Assembly (NCBI GenBank): GCA_964457385.1
Contig: CAYWGW010000003.1
Coordinates: 1,124 to 60,801 of the forward strand
DNA: 59,678 bases
Reading direction: 5' to 3'
Source of the DNA: an uncultured Spirochaetaceae bacterium
GTDB taxonomy: Bacteria; Myxococcota_A; UBA9160; UBA4427
The translations under genes and the position numbers were made by a program. Positions 28,043-36,257 of the stretch are shown in pieces. The stretch's first letter is position 1. Each line of letters begins with the position of its first letter. The notes below the pieces were generated by a model. It was not told the origin of the DNA. It saw nothing but the letters and a program-made list of their open reading frames with translations, and ran no database searches.

Positions 28043-29086
28043 ATGACGGTTGGAGAGATCGCGTTTCGTCAGTGGGAGGACGTCGAGGTGGGCGAGGTGC
28101 TCCCGCGACTCGAGTTCCCGATCACGGTGAAGACGCTGATCCTCGGCGTCTGCGGCACACGCGATTTCATGCCCTACCACCACGATCCCGCCTACTCGAA
28201 GTCGGTCGGGAATCGCGACATGTTCGTGAATACGATGTTCGATCAGGCCCTTTTCGCGCGCTTCGTGACCGATTGGTCGGGACCCGAGAGCGACTTCCGC
28301 GCGACGAACCTGCAGATGCTGGGCTCGCTCTGTCCCGGCGACCTGGCGATCGTCGAGGGGCGCGTCACGGAGAAGCGCGCCGCGGGCCGGGACCGACTCG
28401 TCAAGGTCGAGATGAGCGTCTCCAGCGAAGAGCACGGTCTGGCCGCGACGTCCTGGGCGCTGCTCGCAATGCCCTCGCGAGAGCTGGGCGCCGTCCAGCC
28501 GATCGAGGAGCTCGAGAAGCCGACGGTCGAGGTCCATCCCGAGATCCCCGATTTCGCGAAGGCCTGGCTGGGCCGGGTCAGCCCAAAACACGAGGCCGGC
28601 TATCCGATCAGCGAGGTCCAGATCATGTACTGGTGCGACATGGTGGAGGACGCGAATCCCCTCTACGTCGACGGCGACTACGCCCGCAAGAGCCGGCACT
28701 GCGGTGTCATCGCGCCGCCGATCGGCCTGATCACCTGGGCCATGCAGCGGGCGGGCCGCCAGGGCGTGGATCCCGAGCACCCCGACTGCAACTGGCCGGA
28801 TCGGAGGCCCTGGCCTCCGGTCGACGGAGGGCGCGGGGGGATCGCGTCTCCTCCGGGCACGCGCGAGACGATCGCCCAGGGATCGACGCAGTCCTACGGC
28901 AAGCCCCTCCGCCCGGGTGATCGGGTCCATCAGACGACCGAGGTCGTGAACTGCTCGCCGCTCAAGCAGACGCGGCTCGGGCCCGGCTACTTCCAGACCA
29001 ACCTCGACACCTTCTACAACCAGCACGGCGAGATCGTAGGGACCAATCTCTTCGCCCTGTTGCGCTACGGGATCCAGGCCGACTGA
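28043..29086 (+). CDS. Double hot-dog MaoC-like (R)-specific enoyl-CoA hydratase/dehydratase
   Basis: There are two hot-dog halves. The N-terminal half reads 'TRDFMPYHHDPAYSKSVGNRDMFVNTMF...' and the C-terminal half 'ANPLYVDGDYARKSRHCGVIAPPIGL...'. Confidence 0.8.
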   Translation: MTVGEIAFRQWEDVEVGEVLPRLEFPITVKTLILGVCGTRDFMPYHHDPAYSKSVGNRDMFVNTMFDQALFARFVTDWSGPESDFRATNLQMLGSLCPGDLAIVEGRVTEKRAAGRDRLVKVEMSVSSEEHGLAATSWALLAMPSRELGAVQPIEELEKPTVEVHPEIPDFAKAWLGRVSPKHEAGYPISEVQIMYWCDMVEDANPLYVDGDYARKSRHCGVIAPPIGLITWAMQRAGRQGVDPEHPDCNWPDRRPWPPVDGGRGGIASPPGTRETIAQGSTQSYGKPLRPGDRVHQTTEVVNCSPLKQTRLGPGYFQTNLDTFYNQHGEIVGTNLFALLRYGIQAD

Positions 29087-29119
29087 GGGATGGACCGGTC
29101 GGAGCGGGTGGGGGCAGGG

Positions 29120-29554
29120 CTACCGGTCCGCGAGCTCCCACTGCGGGATCAGCAGCTTCTGACCCGACGCGGGATCCATCGCCTCTTCGTAAACGGCCCG
29201 CACCGCGTCGCCGATCTTCACGGTCTCCGGCGGGCAGCCGACGACGTTGCCCGTGACGTGACAGCCCGGCGCTCCGTCCACCGAGACGACGGCGATGACG
29301 TAGGGGACATGGGCCTTCAACGTCGGATGGATCGGATGGTGGACGAGGACCGCGCTCTCGACGCGACCCGTCCCGGGCATGGACCGGAAGGCGAGGTCTG
29401 TTCCTTGACAGGCATAGCAGAGGTCGTCCGGCGGATGCTGCGCATGGCCGCATCGATCGCAGAATTGGATCTGGATTCGGCCCGTCGTGAAGAAGGGCGT
29501 GTTGTTCGGCGTGAGTGAGGGCAGCAGGAAATCGTCGCCGAGATATCGCTTCAT
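29120..29554 (-). CDS. Zn-ribbon/OB-fold protein (DUF35 family)
   Basis: 144 aa. The rubredoxin-like ribbon reads 'CDRCGHAQHPPDDLCYAC'. The OB-fold reads 'GRVESAVLVHHP...YVIAVVSVDGAPGCHVTGNVVG'. Confidence 0.85.
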   Translation of the reverse strand: MKRYLGDDFLLPSLTPNNTPFFTTGRIQIQFCDRCGHAQHPPDDLCYACQGTDLAFRSMPGTGRVESAVLVHHPIHPTLKAHVPYVIAVVSVDGAPGCHVTGNVVGCPPETVKIGDAVRAVYEEAMDPASGQKLLIPQWELADR

Positions 29555-29619
29555 CCATCGTCTCCCTGGATCGTGGTAGCCCCGACCCTCTGCCCATCCC
29601 GGTCGGGCTCGGTCGCCGT

Positions 29620-30786
29620 TCAGAGAGCTGCCCCGAAGAGGGCGGCGCTGCCGGGCGCATAGCCCGGTCCGCCCACCGCCAGGGACAGCTCGACGTTCGA
29701 AGCCTGACAGGTCGAGTCGCCGCGCGCCTGGCGCACCGCCTCGACGACCATCTCGAGGCCGTGAATGTACGCCTCCGCGAGGTTGCCGCCGCTCGTGTTG
29801 AAGGGCAGTCGCGCGTCCGGCCCTTCGAGGGCGCCGTCGGCGACGAACTCCTCGACCTCTTCTGGCTGGCAGAAGCCCATCTCGCAGAGCGCCATCACGA
29901 CGGGGCCCGTGAAGTTCTCGTAGAGCTGGAGCACGTCGACGTCGGCGGGTCGGACTCCTGCCCGCTCCCAGATCATGCGGCCGACGTTCTCGTAGTACAT
30001 GCCGGGGAACCAGCGCTGCTGGAAGGCGGTGATGCCGATCTCGGGGCCGAGGCCCTGGGCCGTCGCCAGGATCGGGACCGCCGTGCCCGGGAGATCCCGG
30101 GCACGCTCGGGCGTGGTGATGATGAGCGCGGCGGCGCCGTCGTTCTCCTGGCAGCAGTCGAAGAGGTGGAAGGGCTCGACGATCCAGCGTGAGGCGTGAT
30201 AGGCCTCGCGAGTCAGCGGTTGGCCATAGCGGATGGCGCGCGGATTGCGCTGAGCGTTCGCATAGCAGGCCAGGGAGATACTGGCGAGGGCTTCCTGGGA
30301 GACGCCGTGATCGTGCATCCAGCGCTTCGTATGCAGGGCGCACTCCTGGGCGGGGGTCATCAGGCCGTAGGGCGCACCCCAGGAGAGTCCTTCGGGCGCC
30401 GAGCCCGCGGCGATCCCGCTGCCCGATCCGAGCCGGTAGAACTGGCCCTGGGCCAGCGCTCGGAAGGCGACGACGTAGTGGGCGTAGCCGCCACAGACCG
30501 CGGCGTCTGCGAGCTGAATCGACGCGGAGGAGTTGTTGCCGCCGCCGGCCCAGGGGGTGGCCGACCAGCGCAGCTCCTCGAAGCCCAGCGCGGCGGCGAC
30601 CCGGAGCGGTCCGTTCCGATCGTCCATGTAGGAAATGAGCCCGTCGAGCTCGGAGAGCGCGAGGCCCGCGTCCTCGGCTGCCCGGCGGATGGCGATGCAG
30701 GCCAGCTGGAACTCGCTCTCCGGTGCGCGTCCGTGCTTGTAGTACTCCGACTCTCCGACTCCGACGACGACGGCCTGGCCATGCAT
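29620..30786 (-). CDS. Thiolase-superfamily protein, SCP-x/lipid-transfer (Ltp)-type
   Basis: 'AVVVGVGESEYYKHG' is the N-terminal pattern of non-specific lipid-transfer thiolases. '...FDCCQENDGAAALII...NTSGGNLAEAYIHGLE' follows. It lies immediately upstream of the DUF35 gene on the same strand. Confidence 0.85.
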   Translation of the reverse strand: MHGQAVVVGVGESEYYKHGRAPESEFQLACIAIRRAAEDAGLALSELDGLISYMDDRNGPLRVAAALGFEELRWSATPWAGGGNNSSASIQLADAAVCGGYAHYVVAFRALAQGQFYRLGSGSGIAAGSAPEGLSWGAPYGLMTPAQECALHTKRWMHDHGVSQEALASISLACYANAQRNPRAIRYGQPLTREAYHASRWIVEPFHLFDCCQENDGAAALIITTPERARDLPGTAVPILATAQGLGPEIGITAFQQRWFPGMYYENVGRMIWERAGVRPADVDVLQLYENFTGPVVMALCEMGFCQPEEVEEFVADGALEGPDARLPFNTSGGNLAEAYIHGLEMVVEAVRQARGDSTCQASNVELSLAVGGPGYAPGSAALFGAAL

Positions 30787-30946
30787 GAGCGGGCGTGACT
30801 CCTCCTGAGACGGGTAGGGCCGATGGCCCGTTCCTGCCCAGACTACTCCATGCGGGGGTCGAGCGGTCCGCTGGCCGCCGCCCGTGGCGGCCTCTGCCAA
30901 GGATGGCCGCAGGGAAGGGGTGGTGGTCGGGATTGGGATTGAAGGA

Positions 30947-30988
30947 GAAAAACGGTGCGGCTGCGCGCAGCTCGTGGCGCGCGCAGCC
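30947..30988 (-). terminator. Candidate rho-independent terminator downstream of the first PEP-CTERM gene
   Basis: A 10-bp GC stem pairs ggctgcgcgc (30959-30968) with gcgcgcagcc (30979-30988). On the minus strand a TTTTT run follows after 6 nt (plus-strand aaaaa at 30948-30952). Confidence 0.5.
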
Positions 30989-31006
30989 GGCCAGGCCGAC
31001 TGCCGG

Positions 31007-31678
31007 CTAGGCCTGCGGCGGGCGCCTCCGCCCTGCCGCCAGCAGGCCCAGGCCCGCGCCGATCAGCAGGGCGGTTCCGGGCTCCGGGACCGCGCTGACG
31101 TCCACGAAGTGCTGGAAGTAACGGGTCTCGCCGTTGACCGGGGCGTTGAAGTCGCCCAGCGGGCCGAAGATGAACCCCCCGAAGAGCGAGGCTCCATCGT
31201 CGTTGAAGACTCCCGAGACCAGCACGTTCGTCGCGTTGATTGCGACCGGGCTCCCAGCGCCGAGGGGCGTCAGGGTTCCCGTGATCGCGGCGGTCTGGCC
31301 TCCGTCCACGACCAGGGCCGTGCCGGAGCTCGGCGATACGGTGACCGATCCGCTGTAGTTGACGTTCGAAAACTCCAAGCCCGTCACGGCCCCATCCGAG
31401 CCGCTGAACGTCGCCAGAGCGAGGTCGATCGAGAAGGAGAGCACGTTTCCGGACAAGGAGATCGAGCCGCTCACAGGAGCAGAGGAGGGGAGCTCGAAGA
31501 GCGCCGTGAAGCAGCCCGGATCGGCGCAGCCCTCGCCATCGTCGAGGCCGCTGTTGCTCGGCTGGATCTGCAGGGCTGTGGCAGCTCCGGCTCCGATCGT
31601 GAGGGCCGGGGCCAGAAACAAAGCCGCCGCGATCCACAGCCAGCTCGAATGCGAGGGGATCGTCGATCTATCGCGCAT
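31007..31678 (-). CDS. PEP-CTERM sorting-domain secreted protein
   Basis: It has an N-terminal signal and the C-terminal motif 'VPEPGTALLIGAGLGLLAAGRRR' (PEP, then a TM helix, then a basic tail). Confidence 0.88.
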   Translation of the reverse strand: MRDRSTIPSHSSWLWIAAALFLAPALTIGAGAATALQIQPSNSGLDDGEGCADPGCFTALFELPSSAPVSGSISLSGNVLSFSIDLALATFSGSDGAVTGLEFSNVNYSGSVTVSPSSGTALVVDGGQTAAITGTLTPLGAGSPVAINATNVLVSGVFNDDGASLFGGFIFGPLGDFNAPVNGETRYFQHFVDVSAVPEPGTALLIGAGLGLLAAGRRRPPQA

Positions 31679-32157
31679 GATTTCGCTTCCTTCCTACGTA
31701 GCCGGCCCTCCGGTTCCATGATCCGATGAGCCAGCTGCAGCTTCTGATGTCGCCCACTCTTCCGGCGTCTCAGGCACCGGATCCCACTCACGAATCGCGG
31801 CCCCCGGATCGAGCCGTGGAGGCTCGCTCAAGGGCCGCTCGACTCCCGTCCGGCTCGCGACTGGGCCGAGAAAGCGACCACGCAGGTCATGGCCATCCGG
31901 AGCGCGGGAGTTTCCACCACCATGATAAAGGAAGTGCCGGCCCCGGTGTGAAGGTTTTTGGGGCAGGATGGCGATATTTCGCCAACGGGATCAGGATCTT
32001 CCCGGCTCTCGCGAGACCACTCGCCTCATGGGGCAGGCGTGCGTGGTATAAAAACTACGGTTTTTTTTCCCCGCTCGTGCTGTCCGTACTGCGAGGTCAT
32101 TTCAGACCCGGGTTCGAGCCCGGGTCCGAGCGGAGCCCAGACGATCGTCCCAGCCCT

Positions 32158-32847
32158 TCAGCAGCGCCCGCGTGAGCTCCGGGCTGCCAGCCCGGCGAGA
32201 CCGAGCCCGAGCAGCAGGGCGGTTCCGGGCTCGGGCACGATCCCCAGGAACTGGAAGTCCGCCTTGATCAGCACATCCGGACCTCCACCGACCTGCGCGA
32301 AGCGGGCGAGGTTGATTCCGTTCATGTTCAGCTCGAGTTGGCTGCCGCTGATGAAGAGAGAGCCCGAAGCAACGGACTCGAGAGACGGCAGGAACGCGGG
32401 TCCGAAGGGATCGCCATTGGCGAGCACGCCCGAGATCTCGGCCGACATCAGGCTGTCGATCGTGAACTGGCTGAACCCGTTCAGATCCGCGGTGGCACCG
32501 GGCGCCTCGGTGAAGTCCGCGCTCAGGATCGAGATCGAGTCCAGCGTCGTTACCGACTCGTCCAGGTCGAGCTCGATCGTACCGGATGGGATCAAGCTGA
32601 AGCCGATCAGGGTTCCGTTCGCACTCGCATTGGGGTCGAAGCGAACGAAGGAGCCTCCGAGCGGGATGATCGCCGGATCTGGGTCGAAGAGGATCGAGGT
32701 ATTGTTCGCGTCATCGAGCTCCGCCCTGAGCGTCATCTGGCCCGAGCTGAACAAGAAGTCGCTGGGAAGAGCGCTCGCGACGCCGGGGCCGACGAGCAGC
32801 GCGATCAGCGACAGGACCGCGCGAAACAGGGTTTTCTTCTGGGACAT
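32158..32847 (-). CDS. PEP-CTERM sorting-domain secreted protein
   Basis: The signal is 'MSQKKTLFRAVLSLIALLVGPGVASA' and the C-terminus is 'VPEPGTALLLGLGLAGLAARSSRGR'. In-frame upstream Met codons at 32859 and 32880 are alternative starts. Confidence 0.88.
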   Translation of the reverse strand: MSQKKTLFRAVLSLIALLVGPGVASALPSDFLFSSGQMTLRAELDDANNTSILFDPDPAIIPLGGSFVRFDPNASANGTLIGFSLIPSGTIELDLDESVTTLDSISILSADFTEAPGATADLNGFSQFTIDSLMSAEISGVLANGDPFGPAFLPSLESVASGSLFISGSQLELNMNGINLARFAQVGGGPDVLIKADFQFLGIVPEPGTALLLGLGLAGLAARSSRGRC

Positions 32848-33383
32848 TGTCTGCGGCATCGGGGCATCCTCGATTTCCATGTTCTGTTTCCGTTCGGCTC
32901 CGATTCGTACTTCACGATCCATCCGTGAGAGCGACAAGCGAGTCGGGACTTCGGAAGATCCCGTCGCCGATTCCGACGACGGGTCGAATCGGCGCTGAGG
33001 ACGGCTCGCACCGGAATCGCCTCGATCGGACACAGGGAAACAGATCACGCCGAGTGGGGTGGTGCATCCTCGCCTTCGGGCTAAGGCCCGTTCCGGATGC
33101 ACGAAGCCGACTTCGCGCTCTTCCCAGGTGCCGATCCGAGACGAACCAGCCAGACCATCATATCCGCAACAGGCGCGCACGGGGGAAGAAAAGTCGTGGG
33201 TGTGACGAACTTTCTCGTTCTCGCTCGCTCTTGCCTGGAGACACTGGGCAGGAATACGCCCGATGGGGATGTCAGCCCGCCCGGGCCTCCGATCGGTCGG
33301 GTCCCGGGCGCTCGGACGCGGCGCGAAACCCTGAATCGCTGGCAGCAGAGACTAACGATCGTTCATCTTCCGTGGGGCGAATC

Positions 33384-34460
33384 TCAGGACAGGGAGCCCC
33401 CGCAGCTCGATCCGGCTCCGGCTGTGCAGCCGAAGCAATGCTCTCCGGTGCTGATTGCCGCGCCTTCGAGCTCGGAGAGATGGTCGAGCTCGTAGATCGT
33501 CCGCCGTGGCCCCGGTGGTCGGAGCTCGAGCGCCTGATTGAAGTCGCAGTCGTAGATCGTGCCGTCGTGGGCCACGCTGATCAGGTGCCGACACATCAGG
33601 CCCGGGACGTTGGCGGGATTGAAATGGTTCACGAGGAGCGCCATGTAGGCCTCGTAGCGCCCGTCGCGTTGGAGCTCGTGGGCAAACCGCTTGATCGGCA
33701 TGTTGGTGATGGTGAGCAGCCGGTCGAAGCGGATCCCGAAATGGCGGCTCAGCTGCTCCCGGTAGTCGGCCTCGAGCTGGGCCTGGGACGGAGGGAGGAA
33801 GTCTCCGACGGGGTTGTAGACGAGGTCGAGCCGGCCCCCCGATCTCTCGCACCCTTCGGACGCCTCGGGCTCGTCGGGTGCTGCGGCATCGAGCCGCCGG
33901 CCGTAGCCCAGCGCATTCAGGCGTTGGAGCGCCCGGATGCTGCCGTCGAAGACTCCTCGCCCACGTTGCCGCTCGACGTTCTCGAGGCTGTAGCAGGGCA
34001 GCGAGGCGACGATGTCGACCCCTTGCTCGGCCAGGAACTCCGCCGTGTCCTGCTGCCCGGGCTCGAAGAGCACCGTCAGGTTGCAGCGGTCGATCACCCG
34101 TCGGCCGAGGGCGCGGGCTCCTCGGACGAGATCCGGGAAGTCCTCGTGGAGCTCGGGAGCGCCGCCGGTGATGTCCAGGGTCCCGATGTCGGGATGGTGC
34201 TCGAGCAGCCAGAGGATGCGTTCGATGCCTCGTCGATCGAGCTTCTCCCGACGTTTGGGCCCCGATTCCACGTGACAATGATGGCAGGCGAGGTTGCAGC
34301 GCAGGCCGACGTTGACCTGCAGCGTCTCGATCTTCCGCCGAAAGAGGGGGGCATGCCCGCGTGCCGCCAGATGAGCGTCGAAGGGGTTCGGTTCGGGCTC
34401 GAGCGGCGCGGCCGGTCGGGGCAGCCTAACAGCAGGATTCGCCAGCCGGCTTCGTTGCAC
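33384..34460 (-). CDS. arsS: Radical SAM/Cys-rich-domain protein ArsS (arsenosugar-type organoarsenical biosynthesis)
   Basis: The radical SAM motif is 'VGLRCNLACHHCHV'. The characteristic C-terminus is 'YDCDFNQ...GEHCFGCTAGAGSSCGG'. GTG start at 34460 with AAGGAG about 9 nt upstream. The longer ORF to 34700 is Arg/Pro-rich and overlaps arsM. Confidence 0.88.
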   Translation of the reverse strand: MQRSRLANPAVRLPRPAAPLEPEPNPFDAHLAARGHAPLFRRKIETLQVNVGLRCNLACHHCHVESGPKRREKLDRRGIERILWLLEHHPDIGTLDITGGAPELHEDFPDLVRGARALGRRVIDRCNLTVLFEPGQQDTAEFLAEQGVDIVASLPCYSLENVERQRGRGVFDGSIRALQRLNALGYGRRLDAAAPDEPEASEGCERSGGRLDLVYNPVGDFLPPSQAQLEADYREQLSRHFGIRFDRLLTITNMPIKRFAHELQRDGRYEAYMALLVNHFNPANVPGLMCRHLISVAHDGTIYDCDFNQALELRPPGPRRTIYELDHLSELEGAAISTGEHCFGCTAGAGSSCGGSLS

Positions 34461-35697
34461 GGTAGTCCGCTCCTTTCGTTTCGCGGGGGTGTCTCGGCTC
34501 CGTCCGGGCGCAATCGAAGGTCGGGCGTTCGGCCTCCGGAATCGGCTCGCGTGGCTCGATGCCGACGGTCTCGCTGGTGTAGGGCGTGTCCGTGAGGAGT
34601 CGGAAGGTCTTGGCGCAGACGGCGGTGCGCACGCCGCGGACGAGCCGATGGCCGTCGTCGTCGAGCACCTCGCGCCAGGGACCGCGGTAGACCACCGCAT
34701 GGCCGCCCTCCAGACAGGGCCCCTCCTTGCCCTTGCGAGCCGTCACGGTGAGCGAGCGGAACTCGATCCCGTCGACGACGGCGAAGGGCTCCTCCGCCCA
34801 CTCGTCGATGCGGATGCCGTAGAAGCCGGCGTTCTCGAGCCGCTGGAGGAGGTCGAGCTCCTGGAAGGCTCCGGAGATGCAGCCGCTCCAGAGCTCCGGA
34901 TCCTGCTTCAGGGCCTCGGGCACGACCTCGTCGCTCACGATGTCCGAGAGCGCGATGCGCCCGCCCGGCTTCAGGACCCGGAAGATCTCGTCGATCAGCT
35001 GGCCCTTATCCGCCTCGCGCACCAGGTTGAGCACGCAGTTCGAGACGACGAGGTCGATCGATTCGCTGGCGACGAGGGGCGTCTCCCGCCGGAGCCGCTC
35101 CCGCTCCTCCTCGAGGCGTCCGAGATCCTCGATGCTCTTTACGGGATGGTCGTTCAGCCAGGATTCGAGCCGGTCGACGTCGAGCGCCAGATCCTGGATC
35201 CGCCCGCGTCGGAACTCGACGTTGGCGAAGCCGATGTTCTCGGCCACCGTCGGCGCCGCGGAGCGCGCCAGGGCCAGCATCTCGTCGTTCATGTCGACGC
35301 CGAGCACGCGACCCGTTGAGCCCACCCGCTGGGCCGCGATGAAGCAGATCTTGCCGCCGCCGCTTCCCAGATCGAGGACGGTATCGCCTGGTCGGACATG
35401 GCGGGACGGATCGCCACAGCCGTAGTCCCGCTCGATCACCTCGCGGGGAATCGCGGCCAGCAGGTCCGGGTCGTAGTCGATGGGACAGCAGAGCGCGGCC
35501 TCGCGGATCCGGGCGGCGGCGCTGTAGCGCTCGCGAGTGGCGCTCTCGGCGTCCAGCGTCCCCTCGACAGTGGGCGGAGGCGCCGAGGACGTGGGCGTCT
35601 TCTGGACTCTCGCCTCCTGGCCCGGGGCAGCAGTGCAGCAGGTGTTCTGGGAGTTGGCAACCGGCGGCATCGGGCGTTCCGCTCCTGTTCTTTTCAT
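34426..35697 (-). CDS. arsM: Arsenite S-adenosylmethionine methyltransferase (ArsM-like)
   Basis: SAM motif I reads 'VLDLGSGGGKICF'. Conserved Cys contexts are 'ALCCPIDYD', 'VVSNCVLNL' and 'LWSGCISGA'. The start is at MKRTG (35697) or MPPV (35670). The 3' end overlaps the arsS start by 35 nt. Confidence 0.85.
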   Translation of the reverse strand: MKRTGAERPMPPVANSQNTCCTAAPGQEARVQKTPTSSAPPPTVEGTLDAESATRERYSAAARIREAALCCPIDYDPDLLAAIPREVIERDYGCGDPSRHVRPGDTVLDLGSGGGKICFIAAQRVGSTGRVLGVDMNDEMLALARSAAPTVAENIGFANVEFRRGRIQDLALDVDRLESWLNDHPVKSIEDLGRLEEERERLRRETPLVASESIDLVVSNCVLNLVREADKGQLIDEIFRVLKPGGRIALSDIVSDEVVPEALKQDPELWSGCISGAFQELDLLQRLENAGFYGIRIDEWAEEPFAVVDGIEFRSLTVTARKGKEGPCLEGGHAVVYRGPWREVLDDDGHRLVRGVRTAVCAKTFRLLTDTPYTSETVGIEPREPIPEAERPTFDCARTEPRHPRETKGADYRATKPAGESCC

Positions 35698-36257
35698 TGC
35701 TCGGGCTCTCTTTGTAGTTTGGTCCCATCGGCCGAATTGTGCACGGCGCCACGCGACCGGGGGTGGGCGGTGCCACCGGCGCCAGCGACCGGCGAGTCGC
35801 GGTGACCGGACGCATATCCATCCAGCTCGCGGTCCCCGGCAGGGCGACGGGAAATTTTCGGGATTCCCACCCATCACGCAAGGCGATACGCAAGCCGGGT
35901 GCCAGACGTTACGCTGGCGGATCGTTTCGTGTGGATCCAGGCACGGTCCTGGTCCCTGTCCTGGACCGGGTGCCGGCCGCGCTTCCCTCCGTGGCTCGGC
36001 GGCGTGGTGGGTTCGGACCGTGCGTCTCCGTTCCGCTCCGCCGTCCATCCCCGGGCCTGCTACCGTCTGGAGGGCCGCGGCGCCGACGCGTCAGGGCACG
36101 CTCCGACCAGGATCGAATCCCGACGGTGCATCAGGCCCTTCGTTATCGCGGCCGCCTCGAGCGGGCCCGTGCGCCGACGACGGCCTGACCGCATTGCGGA
36201 TCAGGATCATCCCCATCTTTGACACTCAGGCATTCAGGCCAGAAGGAGTTCCCCAGG

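Noticed and set aside
32105-32126. tRNA-like T-arm (cccgGGTTCGAGccc) suggesting a tRNA gene, a tRNA fragment or an att site.
   Set aside because: The hairpin pairs best as an 8-bp stem with a 6-nt loop, not 5 bp + 7 nt. The flanks give only ~59 nt with no D arm or anticodon arm. It does not match the 3' end of the tRNA-Ser at 21968-22059. I treat it as a plain GC hairpin.
33363-33386. Possible selenocysteine read-through of the arsS TGA stop (ArsS-family members can be selenoproteins). The frame continues for 6 codons to a second TGA.
   Set aside because: The Cys-rich C-terminal motif is complete with Cys at every position (CFGCTAGAGSSCGG). The TGA lies after it, the extension is only 6 residues, and I see no SECIS-like hairpin.
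34461-34700. Longer arsS ORF starting at 34700. By analogy, also the extended N-termini of arsM to 36048, recR to 9635, the thiolase-like gene to 30900, fusA from 23665, and the histidine kinase from 14901.
   Set aside because: The extensions are Arg/Pro-rich and overlap neighbouring genes or RNAs. They precede internal starts that have Shine-Dalgarno sites or family-typical N-termini.
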